Part shown: one piece after another, positions 17,449 to 28,079 of the stretch
How the letters are laid out: every line of letters begins with the position of its first letter
Position numbering within the stretch: the stretch's first letter is position 1
Translations under genes and position numbers: made by a program
DNA from: a bacterium
GTDB taxonomy: Bacteria; Patescibacteriota; Minisyncoccia; Phycocordibacterales; UBA9973
NCBI GenBank assembly: GCA_027484965.1
Contig: JAIXRY010000006.1
Coordinates: 1,738 to 65,737 of the forward strand
Reading direction: 5' to 3'
Length of the DNA stretch: 64,000 nt
The notes under the pieces: generated by a model
The model's database searches: none
Told to the model about the DNA's origin: nothing
What the model saw: only the letters and a program-made list of their open reading frames with translations

Positions 17449-20070
17449 ATGCAATCAAAGAAGACAAAAATAGTTCCATCTGACAGTATTATCGTTCATG
17501 GTGCTAGAACTCACAATCTAAAGAATATTTCAGTAGAAATGCCTCGTAATAAGATGGTGGCTATTACTGGTATGTCAGGAAGTGGAAAGTCATCACTTGC
17601 ATTTGATACTATCTTTGCTGAAGGACAGCGTCGCTATGTGGAGTCTCTTTCTGCTTATGCGAGACAATTCTTAAATCAAATGCCAAAGCCAGACGTAGAC
17701 GAAATTACTGGTCTTTCTCCTGCAATCTCTATTGATCAAAAATCTCGTTCAAACAATCCTCGTTCTACAGTGGCGACTATTACAGAAATATACGACTATC
17801 TCCGTGTTCTTTATGCGCGCGTTGGTCATCCTCATTGTCCAGAGTGTGGAGAAGAAATTAAGCGTCTTTCTAATGAAGAAATTGTTTCTTTTGTCTTAGA
17901 AAAAATAAATGAGTTTAAGAAAAATAACAAAAAAGATAAAACAAATTCAAAGGTGAAAACTGTGATGGGTGTAGAATGGAATGAAACAGAACTAGAAATA
18001 TTTGCTCCTATTGTTCGTGGTAGAAAAGGTGAGTATTATCAAATGCTCTATGATCTTCTTGGAAAAGGTTTTCAAGATGTTCGTATTAATGGCGACATGA
18101 AAAAACTTCGCGAAAAGATAGAACTCGCAAAAACAAAGAAACACAATATTGATGTTCTTGTTGATACTCTTATGGTGCACGAGTTTTTTGATAGTATTGA
18201 AGGTGCTCGCATGAGACTCGCAGAGGGTATTGAACGTGCTCTTATTGAGGCTGACGGACTTGTAATAATAAAGATAGGTGATGAAGAATTCCTCATGTCT
18301 TCAAAGTTCTCTTGTCCTAATGATGGATTTTCTTTTCCTGAGGTTGAGCCAAGACTATTTTCATTTAATAGTCCTTATGGTGCATGTCCTACATGTAATG
18401 GGTTAGGTTCAAAATATTTTGGAGGGAGTGAGGTTTGCGATGATTGTAAAGGTGCTCGTCTGCGTACTGAAGCTATGCACGTATTTCTTGGCGGCAAGAA
18501 AACAAACATTGTAGACCTTACAGCACTTTCTATTGAAAATGCGATGAATTTTTTTGGAGATATTAAACTTTCAGAGCAAGAACGTGAAATTGCAAAAGTT
18601 ATAATAAAAGAAATTGAAGCGCGTTTAGCTTTCCTTTTGAATGTTGGACTTGAATATCTATCTCTTAACAGAAAGGCGAGTACTCTCTCAGGTGGTGAAT
18701 CACAACGTATCAGACTTGCTTCACAGCTCGGTTCACGCCTCGTAGGAGCGATGTATGTACTTGATGAGCCGACTATTGGTCTTCATCAAAGAGATAATGA
18801 AAAGCTTATCAAAACACTTGAAGATTTGCGTGATCTTGGAAATACTATTTTGATTGTTGAACACGATGAAGATACTATTTTTGCATCTGATTATATTGTG
18901 GATATTGGTCCAAAAGCTGGTCTTCATGGTGGGCAGGTTGTTGTGGATGGATGGCTTACAGACCTTCTTGATGCGAAGACAAATAAGAGTGGATCACGCA
19001 CTCTCGCGTACCTTCGCGGTGAAGCACGTATAGAAGTCCCAGAAGAAAGACGTACTCGGGATAAGGGCTTTCTCAAAATAACTGGGGGAAATATTTTTAA
19101 TATCAAAAATTTAAATGCCGAGATTCCTCTCGGAAGAATGACAAGTATTACAGGGGTGTCTGGTTCTGGTAAGAGTTCTTTTATGTACGAGATTGTCTAC
19201 AAAAATCTTCAAGCACGTCTTGAGAAAAAATATCGTACAGCTAAAATATTTAATTGTGCAACATTTACAGGTACAGAGTATGTTTCTCGTTCTGTACTGA
19301 TTGATCAATCTCCAATAGGGAGAACTCCGCGTTCTAATATCGCCACATATACCGGAGCATTTACACATATACGTGATCTTTTTGCAGCGAGTGAGGATGC
19401 ACGCTTCCGTGGTTGGAAATCAAACAGATTCTCTTTTAATGTAAAAGGTGGGCGTTGTGAGGCGTGTGAAGGTAATGGACAAATTGCAGTTGAGATGCAC
19501 TTCTTGCCAACGGTGTACGTGACTTGTGATGTATGTAATGGAAAGCGTTTTGATAAAGAAACTCTCACAGTAAAATACAAAAAGAAAAACATTCACGAAA
19601 TATTAAAAATGACTATAGAAGAGGCAAATACTTTCTTTGCTGATATTCCTGCAGTCCATGACCGTGTAAAGACTCTTATAGATGTAGGTCTTGGATATCT
19701 TGAGCTCGGACAATCAGCCACAACACTTTCTGGCGGTGAAGCACAGCGTGTTAAAATCGCTTCAGAGCTCTACCGTCCTCACTTAGAAAAGACTATATAT
19801 CTCTTAGATGAGCCAACGGTAGGTCTTCACTATGATGACGTTGCAAAACTTCTCGAAGTTCTTGAGAAGTTGGTGGTAAAAGGTAATACAGTACTTCTTA
19901 TTGAACATAATATGGATATTATAAAATGTTCAGACTATATTATTGATATTGGCCCAGAAGGTGGAATTGGTGGTGGTCAGATTGTAGCAAGAGGTACACC
20001 TGAAGAAGTTGCAAATAACCCAAAGTCATACACTGGGAAATATTTGAAGAAAATTTTGAAAAATAAGTAG
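17449..20070 (+). CDS. uvrA: excinuclease ABC subunit A
   Basis: Two ABC ATPase modules ([14 protein letters not shown]; [13 protein letters not shown]), signature LSGGE motifs and zinc-finger Cys clusters. 873 aa, somewhat shorter than typical UvrA. Confidence 0.9.
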   Translation: MQSKKTKIVPSDSIIVHGARTHNLKNISVEMPRNKMVAITGMSGSGKSSLAFDTIFAEGQRRYVESLSAYARQFLNQMPKPDVDEITGLSPAISIDQKSRSNNPRSTVATITEIYDYLRVLYARVGHPHCPECGEEIKRLSNEEIVSFVLEKINEFKKNNKKDKTNSKVKTVMGVEWNETELEIFAPIVRGRKGEYYQMLYDLLGKGFQDVRINGDMKKLREKIELAKTKKHNIDVLVDTLMVHEFFDSIEGARMRLAEGIERALIEADGLVIIKIGDEEFLMSSKFSCPNDGFSFPEVEPRLFSFNSPYGACPTCNGLGSKYFGGSEVCDDCKGARLRTEAMHVFLGGKKTNIVDLTALSIENAMNFFGDIKLSEQEREIAKVIIKEIEARLAFLLNVGLEYLSLNRKASTLSGGESQRIRLASQLGSRLVGAMYVLDEPTIGLHQRDNEKLIKTLEDLRDLGNTILIVEHDEDTIFASDYIVDIGPKAGLHGGQVVVDGWLTDLLDAKTNKSGSRTLAYLRGEARIEVPEERRTRDKGFLKITGGNIFNIKNLNAEIPLGRMTSITGVSGSGKSSFMYEIVYKNLQARLEKKYRTAKIFNCATFTGTEYVSRSVLIDQSPIGRTPRSNIATYTGAFTHIRDLFAASEDARFRGWKSNRFSFNVKGGRCEACEGNGQIAVEMHFLPTVYVTCDVCNGKRFDKETLTVKYKKKNIHEILKMTIEEANTFFADIPAVHDRVKTLIDVGLGYLELGQSATTLSGGEAQRVKIASELYRPHLEKTIYLLDEPTVGLHYDDVAKLLEVLEKLVVKGNTVLLIEHNMDIIKCSDYIIDIGPEGGIGGGQIVARGTPEEVANNPKSYTGKYLKKILKNK

Positions 20071-20089
20071 TTAAAATAAAAAGCCGCTT

Positions 20090-20608
20090 TTATAAGCGGC
20101 TGTATTGTAAATCTTTAATAAGATGATTCCTCAAATCTTTTTCAGACCAATAAGAGTGTCTTTTAGACTCTATTGTTTTGATTAATTCACCATCATTTTC
20201 ATATAGACTAACAATTGTTTTTTGTCGTATTTCTAAAATTGCAACGAAGAAATATTTATAAACAAATATTTCTTCGTCAAATTTTTGAAATTTACTTTTT
20301 TTCAAGATAAAATCCAAAAAAGTTTTTTTTGCTTCTTCAAATAAAACAGATTTTTTACCTCGAACTTTTATTTGTTTTATTATGTTCCAAATACGTATCA
20401 ATTTTTTTGTTTTAAATTTTTGATAAGTATTCTTATTAAATAAATCAAATTTAAATTTTTTCTCAACTTGTCTTACAAGATAAGGAGTAGATTTTTTTTC
20501 TTTTTGAGGCTTGTAAAGTTCTACAATTACTGCTTCTGTTTGTCGATTTGTAGGATTGCTAAATCTGAATCCTGAATTTTCGATGACTTTTTCTTGATCC
20601 TCTTGCAT
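20090..20608 (-). CDS. hypothetical Lys-rich protein
   Basis: 172-aa ORF between uvrA and uvrC; no recognisable family. Confidence 0.4.
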   Translation of the reverse strand: MQEDQEKVIENSGFRFSNPTNRQTEAVIVELYKPQKEKKSTPYLVRQVEKKFKFDLFNKNTYQKFKTKKLIRIWNIIKQIKVRGKKSVLFEEAKKTFLDFILKKSKFQKFDEEIFVYKYFFVAILEIRQKTIVSLYENDGELIKTIESKRHSYWSEKDLRNHLIKDLQYSRL

Positions 20609-21022
20609 GAGATAGGCTTTTTAAAAATAAAAAATTATTGAGTTTTAGTGTGCAGTATGCTTTTCCCAGAAAAACATGTGCGGGTGCTTTTTAGAAGTTT
20701 ACTCTTTTTTTGGAAAATATTCAAATAAAAAAAACCCTTACTAGGATGTTGAGACTTTATGAGGTTTTTCGAAGTTTTCAAATAATTCACATTTTTCGAT
20801 ACCTAATTTAAAAAATAATTTTTGGATATCTAATAATATTTCTTTTGTAATACCTCTCTGAGTCTTTAATTCAGCGGGATTGCAATTTGTCAGAAACAAA
20901 ATTTTTATTTCTTTCGGTTTTTTCTTTGTATAAAATAGAAATGAACTCTTCTAAACTCATTTCATGTATTTCTATATGTTGGTTCATTTGGTATTAATTT
21001 TATTATATAGTAATATAATATT

Positions 21023-22249
21023 GTGAAAAGTCAAGAATTTAAAAAACTTAACATACCTAAAAAACCAGGAGTTTATTTCTTTAAAAAAGATGAAGAAATT
21101 ATCTATATAGGAAAAGCTACTTCTCTAAAAGATCGAGTAGGGAGTTATTTTGGTGCAGATCTTATTTCTACTCGAGGTCCAGCGCTTGTTGATATGGTAA
21201 CCCAGTCTATATCTATAGAATGGATTGAGACGGACTCCGTACTCGAAGCTCTTATCCTTGAAGCTGAGCTTATCAAGAAACACCAGCCAAAATACAATAC
21301 AAAAGAGAAAGATAATAAGAGTTTTTATATGGTAGGTATCACAGATGATACTTTGCCAAGGGTTGTTCTTGTGCGTGCTAGGAATATAACTCTAAAAGAA
21401 GAAATAAAAAGACTTAATATAAAATATACTTTCGGTCCTTATCCAAATGGTGGAGCACTCCGTGATGCTATGAGAATTATTAGAAGAATATTCCCGTACA
21501 TAGATGGTGATTCTCTTAAGAAAGACAATCAAGAATTCTATCGTCAACTTGGTCTTACTCCTGACACAAGAGAAAATACAGTGAGTGAAGCCTATCAGGA
21601 AAATATAAAACATATAAGAGATTTTTTTGCTGGAAAGAAAAAGAAAATATTAGTTGAGCTTGAGAAAAAAATGTATAGTCTTGCAAAACAACAAAAATTT
21701 GAACGCGCGTCTCTCGTTAAGAAACAAATTTTTGCTCTCACTCATATCAACGACGTAGCGTTAATGAAGAAAGAATATTTTGATACAAATATTGGAAATA
21801 CTGTTCGTATTGAATCTTATGATATAGCTCATATGTCTGGTAAAAACATGGTTGGAGTCATGACTGTTGTGATAGGGAATCAAAAAGCTCAAAATGAATA
21901 TAAAAAGTTCATTATTCGTGGCAATACTGGCGCAGATGATACGAAAGCTCTAAGAGAGATATTGGAGAGGAGATTTAATCATGAAGAATGGGGAATCCCT
22001 GATGTTGTCGTTATTGATGGAGGACAAGCTCAGATTTCGGTAGGGCAACAAGTTTTGAAAGAATTAGGGAAAAATATTTCCGTGGTATCAGTCTTGAAAG
22101 ATGAAAGACATAAGCCAAAAGATATTTTAGGAGACAAGCAAATAATAGAAAAATACAAAGAACAAATTTTGCTTTCTAATGCTGAAGCTCATAGATTCGC
22201 CATTACTTTCCACAGAGAAAAGAGAGGGAAGAATTTTCTAAATAAATAA
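21023..22249 (+). CDS. uvrC: excinuclease ABC subunit C, short form lacking the C-terminal (HhH)2 domain
   Basis: GTG start. N-terminal GIY-YIG motif (GVYFFKKDEEIIYIGKATSLKDRVGSYF), a UvrB-interaction helix region and an RNase H-like endonuclease region (ESYDIAHMSGKNMVGVM). Only 408 aa. Confidence 0.8.
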   Translation: MKSQEFKKLNIPKKPGVYFFKKDEEIIYIGKATSLKDRVGSYFGADLISTRGPALVDMVTQSISIEWIETDSVLEALILEAELIKKHQPKYNTKEKDNKSFYMVGITDDTLPRVVLVRARNITLKEEIKRLNIKYTFGPYPNGGALRDAMRIIRRIFPYIDGDSLKKDNQEFYRQLGLTPDTRENTVSEAYQENIKHIRDFFAGKKKKILVELEKKMYSLAKQQKFERASLVKKQIFALTHINDVALMKKEYFDTNIGNTVRIESYDIAHMSGKNMVGVMTVVIGNQKAQNEYKKFIIRGNTGADDTKALREILERRFNHEEWGIPDVVVIDGGQAQISVGQQVLKELGKNISVVSVLKDERHKPKDILGDKQIIEKYKEQILLSNAEAHRFAITFHREKRGKNFLNK

Positions 22250-22313
22250 TTGACATATGTATATTTATATAGTAATCTTTTGAAAGATATTTTAAAATAA
22301 AACAAAATAAAAC

Positions 22314-22757
22314 ATGAAAAAAATCATTCTCATGACTGCGGTGTTATTTGTAGGGATTACTAAGAATACCCAAGCTCAAAATGTCATTTCTCCTGAAAAA
22401 GTTAAGACATTATTTACGGCACTCAAAAAAGATCAGGTTTTATCAGAAACTAAAGAGTTGAGTCATTATAAATCAACTATCTTTGGTTGGAGGCCTGTAC
22501 TGGTGCCAACATTTTCAGTTTCAGACTGTCATCGTATAAGCTTGTCTCCTGTTGTTGGGGCAAAAATTACAGATGATAAATCAAAAGAAGCTATCGTCTT
22601 GTTCGAGTACGATAAAAATGGTGAGTTGTTTAAAATATATACCATAAATTGGATGGGCAATATTTGTGCTAGTCTAAATTGTGGAGATCAAAAGCAACAA
22701 AACCAAAATTATCAGCAATTGGTAGCTAGCGTGATTCAGAGAATTCAGATACTTTAA
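22314..22757 (+). CDS. hypothetical secreted protein (signal peptide)
   Basis: N-terminal MKKIILMTAVLFVGITKNTQA signal-like segment, followed by a terminator (CCCATCTCAATGAGATGGGG + T-run). Confidence 0.4.
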   Translation: MKKIILMTAVLFVGITKNTQAQNVISPEKVKTLFTALKKDQVLSETKELSHYKSTIFGWRPVLVPTFSVSDCHRISLSPVVGAKITDDKSKEAIVLFEYDKNGELFKIYTINWMGNICASLNCGDQKQQNQNYQQLVASVIQRIQIL

Positions 22758-22833
22758 AGACTCTGCAAAGCCTTACCCATCTCAATGAGATGGGGTTTTT
22801 ATTTTTTTCTCACACCCTAAAATCCTTTTTTGA

Positions 22834-23826
22834 ATGTATACTATATGTATGAATACTTTATGTGTTGGAGTTCTCCGAGGTGGTGATACATATATAGAAG
22901 AATCTCTTCTATCTGGAAAACATATTTTAAATGTTTTAAAAAAAATGGGACATGAGCCTATTGATATTTTAGTAGATAAAGACGGTATTTTCTATACTGG
23001 AGGACTCCCTATAACTCTACACAAACTTTCTCATAAAGTAGATGTTGTATGGAATGCACTTCATGGCGGCTTTGGAGAAGATGGAACAATTTCAAAAATG
23101 CTCGATGATGCTCATATACCGCACACAGGAAGTACTGTTCTTGGAGGAGCGCTTTCTTTACATAAAGTTCATGCAAAAGAACGTGCAAAATCTCTTGGCT
23201 TCAAAACCGCTCCTCATGTAGTTATTCCTTTTGTGCCTTTTAAGAATATAGATGATTGCCGTAAGAAGGCTCAAGAACTTGCTGTTTCTATTCATGCAAA
23301 ATTTGCTCCACCCTGGGTTGTGAAGCCACTTCGAGGTGTAGGAAGTCATAATCTTGCATATGCAGAAACATTACATAGATTGATTACAATATTAGAAGAT
23401 GCTCTTATTGTAGGAGAAGATTTTCTCGTAGAGAGTTTTATTTCAGGAAGAGAAGTTGTGTTTGGCTTTGTTGAAGGAATGAGAGATGAGTCATGGTATT
23501 CACTTCCAAAACAATCTGTAATGTATCATGACAAGGTTTTCTATAGAGGTCCCAAGAGAGATAGTGCTTATAGACTTGTCCCAGAAAAGACAGATGCTGA
23601 ATTTAATTCTTCACTGAAAGGACTTATAAAAGATTTTGGTATACATTCATATACACTTCTTCAATTTAGAGAAACTCCTAAAGGTTTGTATTTTATGGAA
23701 ATAGATGATTTACCTCAAGTTCACGACGGCTCTATTTTCCATAAATTATTAGAACAGACAGGGGTAAATCAAGAGACTTTTATTACACATATTTTGGCAC
23801 TTGCGAAAGAAAGGAAAAAGAGTTAG
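22834..23826 (+). CDS. ddl: D-alanine--D-alanine ligase (ATP-grasp)
   Basis: VGVLRGGDTYIEESLLSGKHI...VDVVWNALHGGFGEDGTISKMLDDAHIPHTGSTVLGGALSLHKVHAKE matches the Ddl N-terminal and central-domain pattern. True start may be the internal Met at 22849. Confidence 0.7.
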   Translation: MYTICMNTLCVGVLRGGDTYIEESLLSGKHILNVLKKMGHEPIDILVDKDGIFYTGGLPITLHKLSHKVDVVWNALHGGFGEDGTISKMLDDAHIPHTGSTVLGGALSLHKVHAKERAKSLGFKTAPHVVIPFVPFKNIDDCRKKAQELAVSIHAKFAPPWVVKPLRGVGSHNLAYAETLHRLITILEDALIVGEDFLVESFISGREVVFGFVEGMRDESWYSLPKQSVMYHDKVFYRGPKRDSAYRLVPEKTDAEFNSSLKGLIKDFGIHSYTLLQFRETPKGLYFMEIDDLPQVHDGSIFHKLLEQTGVNQETFITHILALAKERKKS

Positions 23827-23911
23827 AATAATCCTCATACGTTCTTTCTTTTTTAAATAGGTTGATGTATATTTATATACATCAGTCGCGTCCAGTGATT
23901 TCACTGGTACT

Positions 23912-23984
23912 GGGCCGTTAGCTCATCTGGTAGAGCACATCATTTGCAATGATGGGGTGGCAGGTTCGAGTCCTGTACGGTCCA
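23912..23984 (+). tRNA. tRNA-Ala (anticodon UGC)
   Basis: Acceptor GGGCCGT/ACGGTCC with the G3:U70 alanine identity pair, anticodon stem CATCA/TGATG with loop TTTGCAA, T-loop TTCGAGT, discriminator A. It is followed by the terminator at 23993-24020. Confidence 0.85.
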
Positions 23985-23992
23985 CAAACAAA

Positions 23993-24020
23993 AAATCCAT
24001 CTCCTGATGGATTTTTTGTT
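23993..24020 (+). terminator. intrinsic terminator ATCCATCTCCTGATGGAT + T6
   Basis: Hairpin plus T-run directly 3' of tRNA-Ala. Confidence 0.7.
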
Positions 24021-24254
24021 TTCTATCGCTTTATTTAAAGCGATAGAAATTTGCTTTAGCAAATGTGGGCCGTAAGAATAGTCTGGGAGACTATTCGTCA
24101 GGACTCGAAGCCTGTTTGAGATATTTTTGGAATATATGAACAAAAATATCCAAACATGGATACTGATCCTGTAAGGATCGAGTCCTACAAAAATCTAAAG
24201 ACTTTTTACTATTTTTTTTGTTTTCTATTTTAAATATTGTTATAATATTAAAAT

Positions 24255-24635
24255 ATGCAAAATAAAAATACTATTATCGTTGGAATCGTTTGTCTCGTTA
24301 TTGGCTCTTTTGTGGGTTCTCAATTTTTTCCAAAAAACATGGAGCATACAATGAATGATGGTTCAAAAATGGCGGGCGATATGCACCATGAAATGTCTAT
24401 GGATACAATGATGCAAGATATGAAAAATTCTTTAAAAGGAAAACAAGGTGAAGAATTTGATAAAGAATTTCTAAAACAAATGATTGTTCATCATGAAGGT
24501 GCTGTGCTGATGGCTGAAGATGTTTTAATAAATTCAAAAAGACCAGAACTTGTTAATCTTGCAAATGATATAATCTCAGCTCAGAAAAAAGAGATAGAAA
24601 TGATGAAAACTTGGCAGAATAGTTGGTTTAAATAA
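24255..24635 (+). CDS. DUF305-family protein (membrane-anchored, His-rich; metal-stress associated family)
   Basis: N-terminal TM helix, then DMHHEMSMDTMMQDM and FLKQMIVHHEGAVLMAE, resembling DUF305 HH.GA..M motifs. Confidence 0.5.
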   Translation: MQNKNTIIVGIVCLVIGSFVGSQFFPKNMEHTMNDGSKMAGDMHHEMSMDTMMQDMKNSLKGKQGEEFDKEFLKQMIVHHEGAVLMAEDVLINSKRPELVNLANDIISAQKKEIEMMKTWQNSWFK

Positions 24636-24641
24636 TTTTTT

Positions 24642-24863
24642 ATGCATCACGACAAAAGAAATCGTTCGATAACAAAGGCTATAACTTACCGTATTATTAG
24701 TATCATGTTTGATAGTACTCTTGCTTTTTTGATTACTCAAAGTGCGGAAAAGACTTTTATTTTAGTTGTTATTTCTAATATTTTTAGTATATTTATGTAT
24801 TTTGCTCATGAAAGAGTATGGAACCGTATACCTTGGGGTAAACATAGTATTGATTGTAAATAG
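24642..24863 (+). CDS. small membrane protein (DUF2061-like)
   Basis: KAITYRIISIMFDSTLAFLI...HERVW pattern. Confidence 0.35.
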   Translation: MHHDKRNRSITKAITYRIISIMFDSTLAFLITQSAEKTFILVVISNIFSIFMYFAHERVWNRIPWGKHSIDCK

Positions 24864-24920
24864 ACTTATATTAAGACTTGTTCAATGCAGGTCTTTTTAA
24901 TTTTTGTTATAATTATTCAT

Positions 24921-25970
24921 ATGAAATTATTTAATTCAAATGATAAAAAAGTTCGTGTTGCTATTAATGGATTTGGAAGAATTGGGAGAGCTTTCTTGAA
25001 GATTGCATGGGAAAGACCAGAAATTGAAATAGTAGCCGTAAACGATCTTGGAAGTATCGAAAGTCTTGCATACCTTTTGAAATATGACACTGTGTATCGC
25101 AATTGGGGACATGATGTAAAAATCGATGGAACAAATCTTGTTATTGATGGAAAAAAAGTAACTTTCGTTTCTGAAAAAGATACAACAAAACTTCCTTGGG
25201 GAGCTCTTGAAGTGGATGTTGTTGTAGAATCAACAGGACTCTTTACAGATTATGCGAAAGCACATTTTCATATTGATTGTGGAGCAAAAAAGGTGGTGAT
25301 TACCGCACCAGCAAAAGGTGAAGGTGAAGGAACTCTCGGACAAACAATTCTTCTTGGTGTAAATGAAGATAAATTCGGAATGTGTCCTATTACTTCAAAT
25401 GCTTCTTGTACTACCAATGCCGCTTCACCACTTATTGGAATTTTGAGTGAAGCTCTCGGAATCGAAAAAGCCATTCTTAATACTGTTCATGGATATACAG
25501 CATCTCAATCTCTTGTGGATGGTCCAAGCAAAAAGGATCTTCGTGAAGGACGTGCTGCTGCCCAAAATATCGTCCCATCTTCAACAGGTGCTGCTATTGC
25601 TGTAACTAAGGCATATCCAGAACTCGAAGGATTATTCGATGGTATATCTATCCGTGTTCCTGTTCCTGCTGGATCTATTGTGGATGTGACATTTATCTCA
25701 AAGCGCGACACAACAGCCGAAGAGGTTAATGAAATCTTGAAAAAAGCTTCAGAAAGTGATCATTGGAAAAACATTTTTTCAGTTACAGAAGAACCTCTCG
25801 TATCTTCTGATATTCTAGGTAATTCTCATGCGTCTATCGCTGACCTCGAGATGACTCGTGTTGTTGGAGGAAACTTGGTAAAGGTGATGGGGTGGTACGA
25901 CAATGAAATGGGGTATACGCATACTTTGGTGGATCATGTGATTAAGACAGGAAAAACAATTAGTCATTAA
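24921..25970 (+). CDS. gap: glyceraldehyde-3-phosphate dehydrogenase
   Basis: VRVAINGFGRIGRAFLKIA Rossmann motif and catalytic SNASCTTNA (Cys). The ORF-track start at 24885 is probably too far upstream; the Met at 24921 (MKLFNSNDKKVRV) is preferred. Confidence 0.9.
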   Translation: MKLFNSNDKKVRVAINGFGRIGRAFLKIAWERPEIEIVAVNDLGSIESLAYLLKYDTVYRNWGHDVKIDGTNLVIDGKKVTFVSEKDTTKLPWGALEVDVVVESTGLFTDYAKAHFHIDCGAKKVVITAPAKGEGEGTLGQTILLGVNEDKFGMCPITSNASCTTNAASPLIGILSEALGIEKAILNTVHGYTASQSLVDGPSKKDLREGRAAAQNIVPSSTGAAIAVTKAYPELEGLFDGISIRVPVPAGSIVDVTFISKRDTTAEEVNEILKKASESDHWKNIFSVTEEPLVSSDILGNSHASIADLEMTRVVGGNLVKVMGWYDNEMGYTHTLVDHVIKTGKTISH

Positions 25971-26230
25971 TCAATCAATAAATATTATTATGAATTTTGT
26001 CATAAAAGTTTTATCTATTATCGGCGCAATGGTGTTTATTGTTGCTGGCATTACTGGAACAATAAAGCCGTTTGGTGATTTCCTAGAACACGGAACAATT
26101 TTAAGAATTTTTGAAGTAATGCTTGGTTTAGTATTACTTTATAATGTTTCCAGGCTAAAATAATTTATATTGCTATATATAGTCCATCTTGCTAGACTTA
26201 GTATAAGTAGATTTTTGGAATCGATACCTA

Positions 26231-26551
26231 GTGCGAATATTAGTTAATTATTTTTATATTATGAATGAAAATGAACTCCCTTATAGTTTTGGTGTAGGAG
26301 AAAGTAAGTTTGCAGAAGAATCTCCAAAAGAAGAGACTTTAACAGAAGCACAATCAAAAGCTGCAGAAATGGAACCTGGAATGTTTGCAATGATGAAGGG
26401 TGAAGATAAATATTATATTGTTAAGAATATAGACAAAGAAAAAGGCGAAGTTACTTTAGAAACAGAATTAGAAGGAAAGAGTGCTTCTTATGGAGTAACA
26501 GTAAGCGCTGATAAGATAATAGACTACTATTTTCCAACAGTAAAAGATTAA
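26231..26551 (+). CDS. hypothetical acidic protein
   Basis: 106-aa ORF followed by a strong terminator (GACGCGCCCATTATGGGCGCGTC + T-run). Confidence 0.4.
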   Translation: MRILVNYFYIMNENELPYSFGVGESKFAEESPKEETLTEAQSKAAEMEPGMFAMMKGEDKYYIVKNIDKEKGEVTLETELEGKSASYGVTVSADKIIDYYFPTVKD

Positions 26552-26702
26552 TTAGAATAAAAACAAAAGACGCGCCCATTATGGGCGCGTCTTTTGTTTG
26601 ACATTAATCTTTAAGTATGCTATTCTTTATAAGTCATTGATTCTCCGTATATCTACTCTAAATGTAGATTTTTATTTCTAAGTGGTGAATTTGTGACCAC
26701 TT

Positions 26703-27983
26703 ATGGAACAAAAAACATATACAAAGGGGTACCAAAATGGTAGCTCTACAAAACCTACTGGTGGCTTTAAAAAGAAATCAGGCTTCGGTTCTATGGGAGG
26801 AAGTAGATCTTTCTCTTCTGGACGAGGAAAATTTAATAATCGTGGAGGTGGCGGTAATAGACGTAAAACTGGGTCTTTTATTGATTTCTCAAAATTTGTA
26901 AACCGCGCTGTAACAACTACTGAAGAAGTATATGTTCCAACACACTCTTTTACAGATTTCGAAATGAATGAAACACTCAAAAAGACTATTCTTGCTCGTG
27001 GATATACAACTCCAAGTCCAATTCAAGACAAGGCAATTCCTGCTGGTCTTGAAGGACGCGATATTGTTGGACTTGCGAATACTGGTACTGGTAAAACAGC
27101 AGCATTTCTTATTCCAATCATTGATCGTATCTCAAAAGGTCTCGCAACAAAAGCTATAATCATGGCACCAACACGCGAACTTGCAATTCAAGTTGAACGT
27201 GAAGCTTATGAATTTATAAAAGGTCAACGTATGTGGACAGTAGTCTGTGTAGGTGGAGCACCTATTTTTAAGCAAATCAACGAGCTTAAAAGAAAGCACC
27301 ATATTGTTATTGGTACACCAGGACGCTTGAAAGATCTTTATGATCGTGGAGCTCTATACTTGGCTGATACTGATATCGTAGTGCTTGATGAAGCCGACCA
27401 AATGCTTGATATGGGATTCATCGACGATATGCGTCTAATTATCCAAAAGACAAAAACAGAAAGACAAACACTTCTTTTTTCAGCTACTCTTCCTCCAGCA
27501 ATTGAAAAATTCATTTATGAATTTACAAAAGAGCCGATTAAGATTTCTGTAAAATCTCGTGATACATCAAAAAATATTGACCAAGATGTTGTGGAATATA
27601 AAGAAAGACATCACAAAATTGAACAACTTCATGACTTGCTCGTCCGCAAAGAATTCGACAAAGTATTAATCTTCGGAGAAACAAAGCATGGCGTTGAAGA
27701 TCTAACAGAAGAACTTCAAAAGAGAGGTTTTGCTGTAGAATCAATTCATGGTGATAAGCGTCATCGCGAACGTCAACGTTCATTGAAGAAATTCAAGGAC
27801 AGTGACGTGCAAGTTCTTATTGCAACAGACGTTGCAGCAAGAGGTCTTGATATCAACGACGTATCTCATGTTATTAACTACGAAATACCTTCTTCATACG
27901 AAACATATATTCACCGTATTGGAAGAACTGGACGTGCAGGTAAGACAGGTAAGGCTCTTACTTTTATTCCTACAAGACGTTAA
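26703..27983 (+). CDS. DEAD-box ATP-dependent RNA helicase with an N-terminal Gly/Arg-rich extension
   Basis: Q-motif region, motif I ANTGTGKTAAF, DEAD (VLDEADQMLD), SAT, and HRIGRTGRAG motif VI. The N-terminal ~70 aa are RGG-like (GGSRSFSSGRGKFNNRGGGGNRR). Confidence 0.85.
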   Translation: MEQKTYTKGYQNGSSTKPTGGFKKKSGFGSMGGSRSFSSGRGKFNNRGGGGNRRKTGSFIDFSKFVNRAVTTTEEVYVPTHSFTDFEMNETLKKTILARGYTTPSPIQDKAIPAGLEGRDIVGLANTGTGKTAAFLIPIIDRISKGLATKAIIMAPTRELAIQVEREAYEFIKGQRMWTVVCVGGAPIFKQINELKRKHHIVIGTPGRLKDLYDRGALYLADTDIVVLDEADQMLDMGFIDDMRLIIQKTKTERQTLLFSATLPPAIEKFIYEFTKEPIKISVKSRDTSKNIDQDVVEYKERHHKIEQLHDLLVRKEFDKVLIFGETKHGVEDLTEELQKRGFAVESIHGDKRHRERQRSLKKFKDSDVQVLIATDVAARGLDINDVSHVINYEIPSSYETYIHRIGRTGRAGKTGKALTFIPTRR

Positions 27984-27994
27984 GTCAAATAAAA

Positions 27995-28026
27995 GAGCGG
28001 GACCCTTCGGGTCCCGCTCTTTTATT
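27995..28026 (+). terminator. intrinsic terminator GAGCGGGACCCTTCGGGTCCCGCTC + T-run (paralog of 8951-8975 with compensatory substitutions)
   Basis: Same hairpin as after murJ, but with A->G and T->C changes on opposite stem sides that preserve pairing. Confidence 0.8.
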
Positions 28027-28079
28027 ATTAACCCTAATAATAATGACTATAAACTGATTTTAGTTTATACTGTATTTAT

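Noticed and set aside
24040-24190. SRP RNA (4.5S) call for the region downstream of tRNA-Ala
   Set aside because: Only a GTCAGG..GAAG fragment resembles helix 8. The conserved GGAAGG-AGCAGC architecture is absent, so no RNA-gene call was made. The region is kept only as a low-interest finding.
27781-27800. GAACGTCAACGTTC near-palindrome
   Set aside because: N6 spacing and an imperfect match, inside the DEAD-box helicase coding sequence; not an operator.
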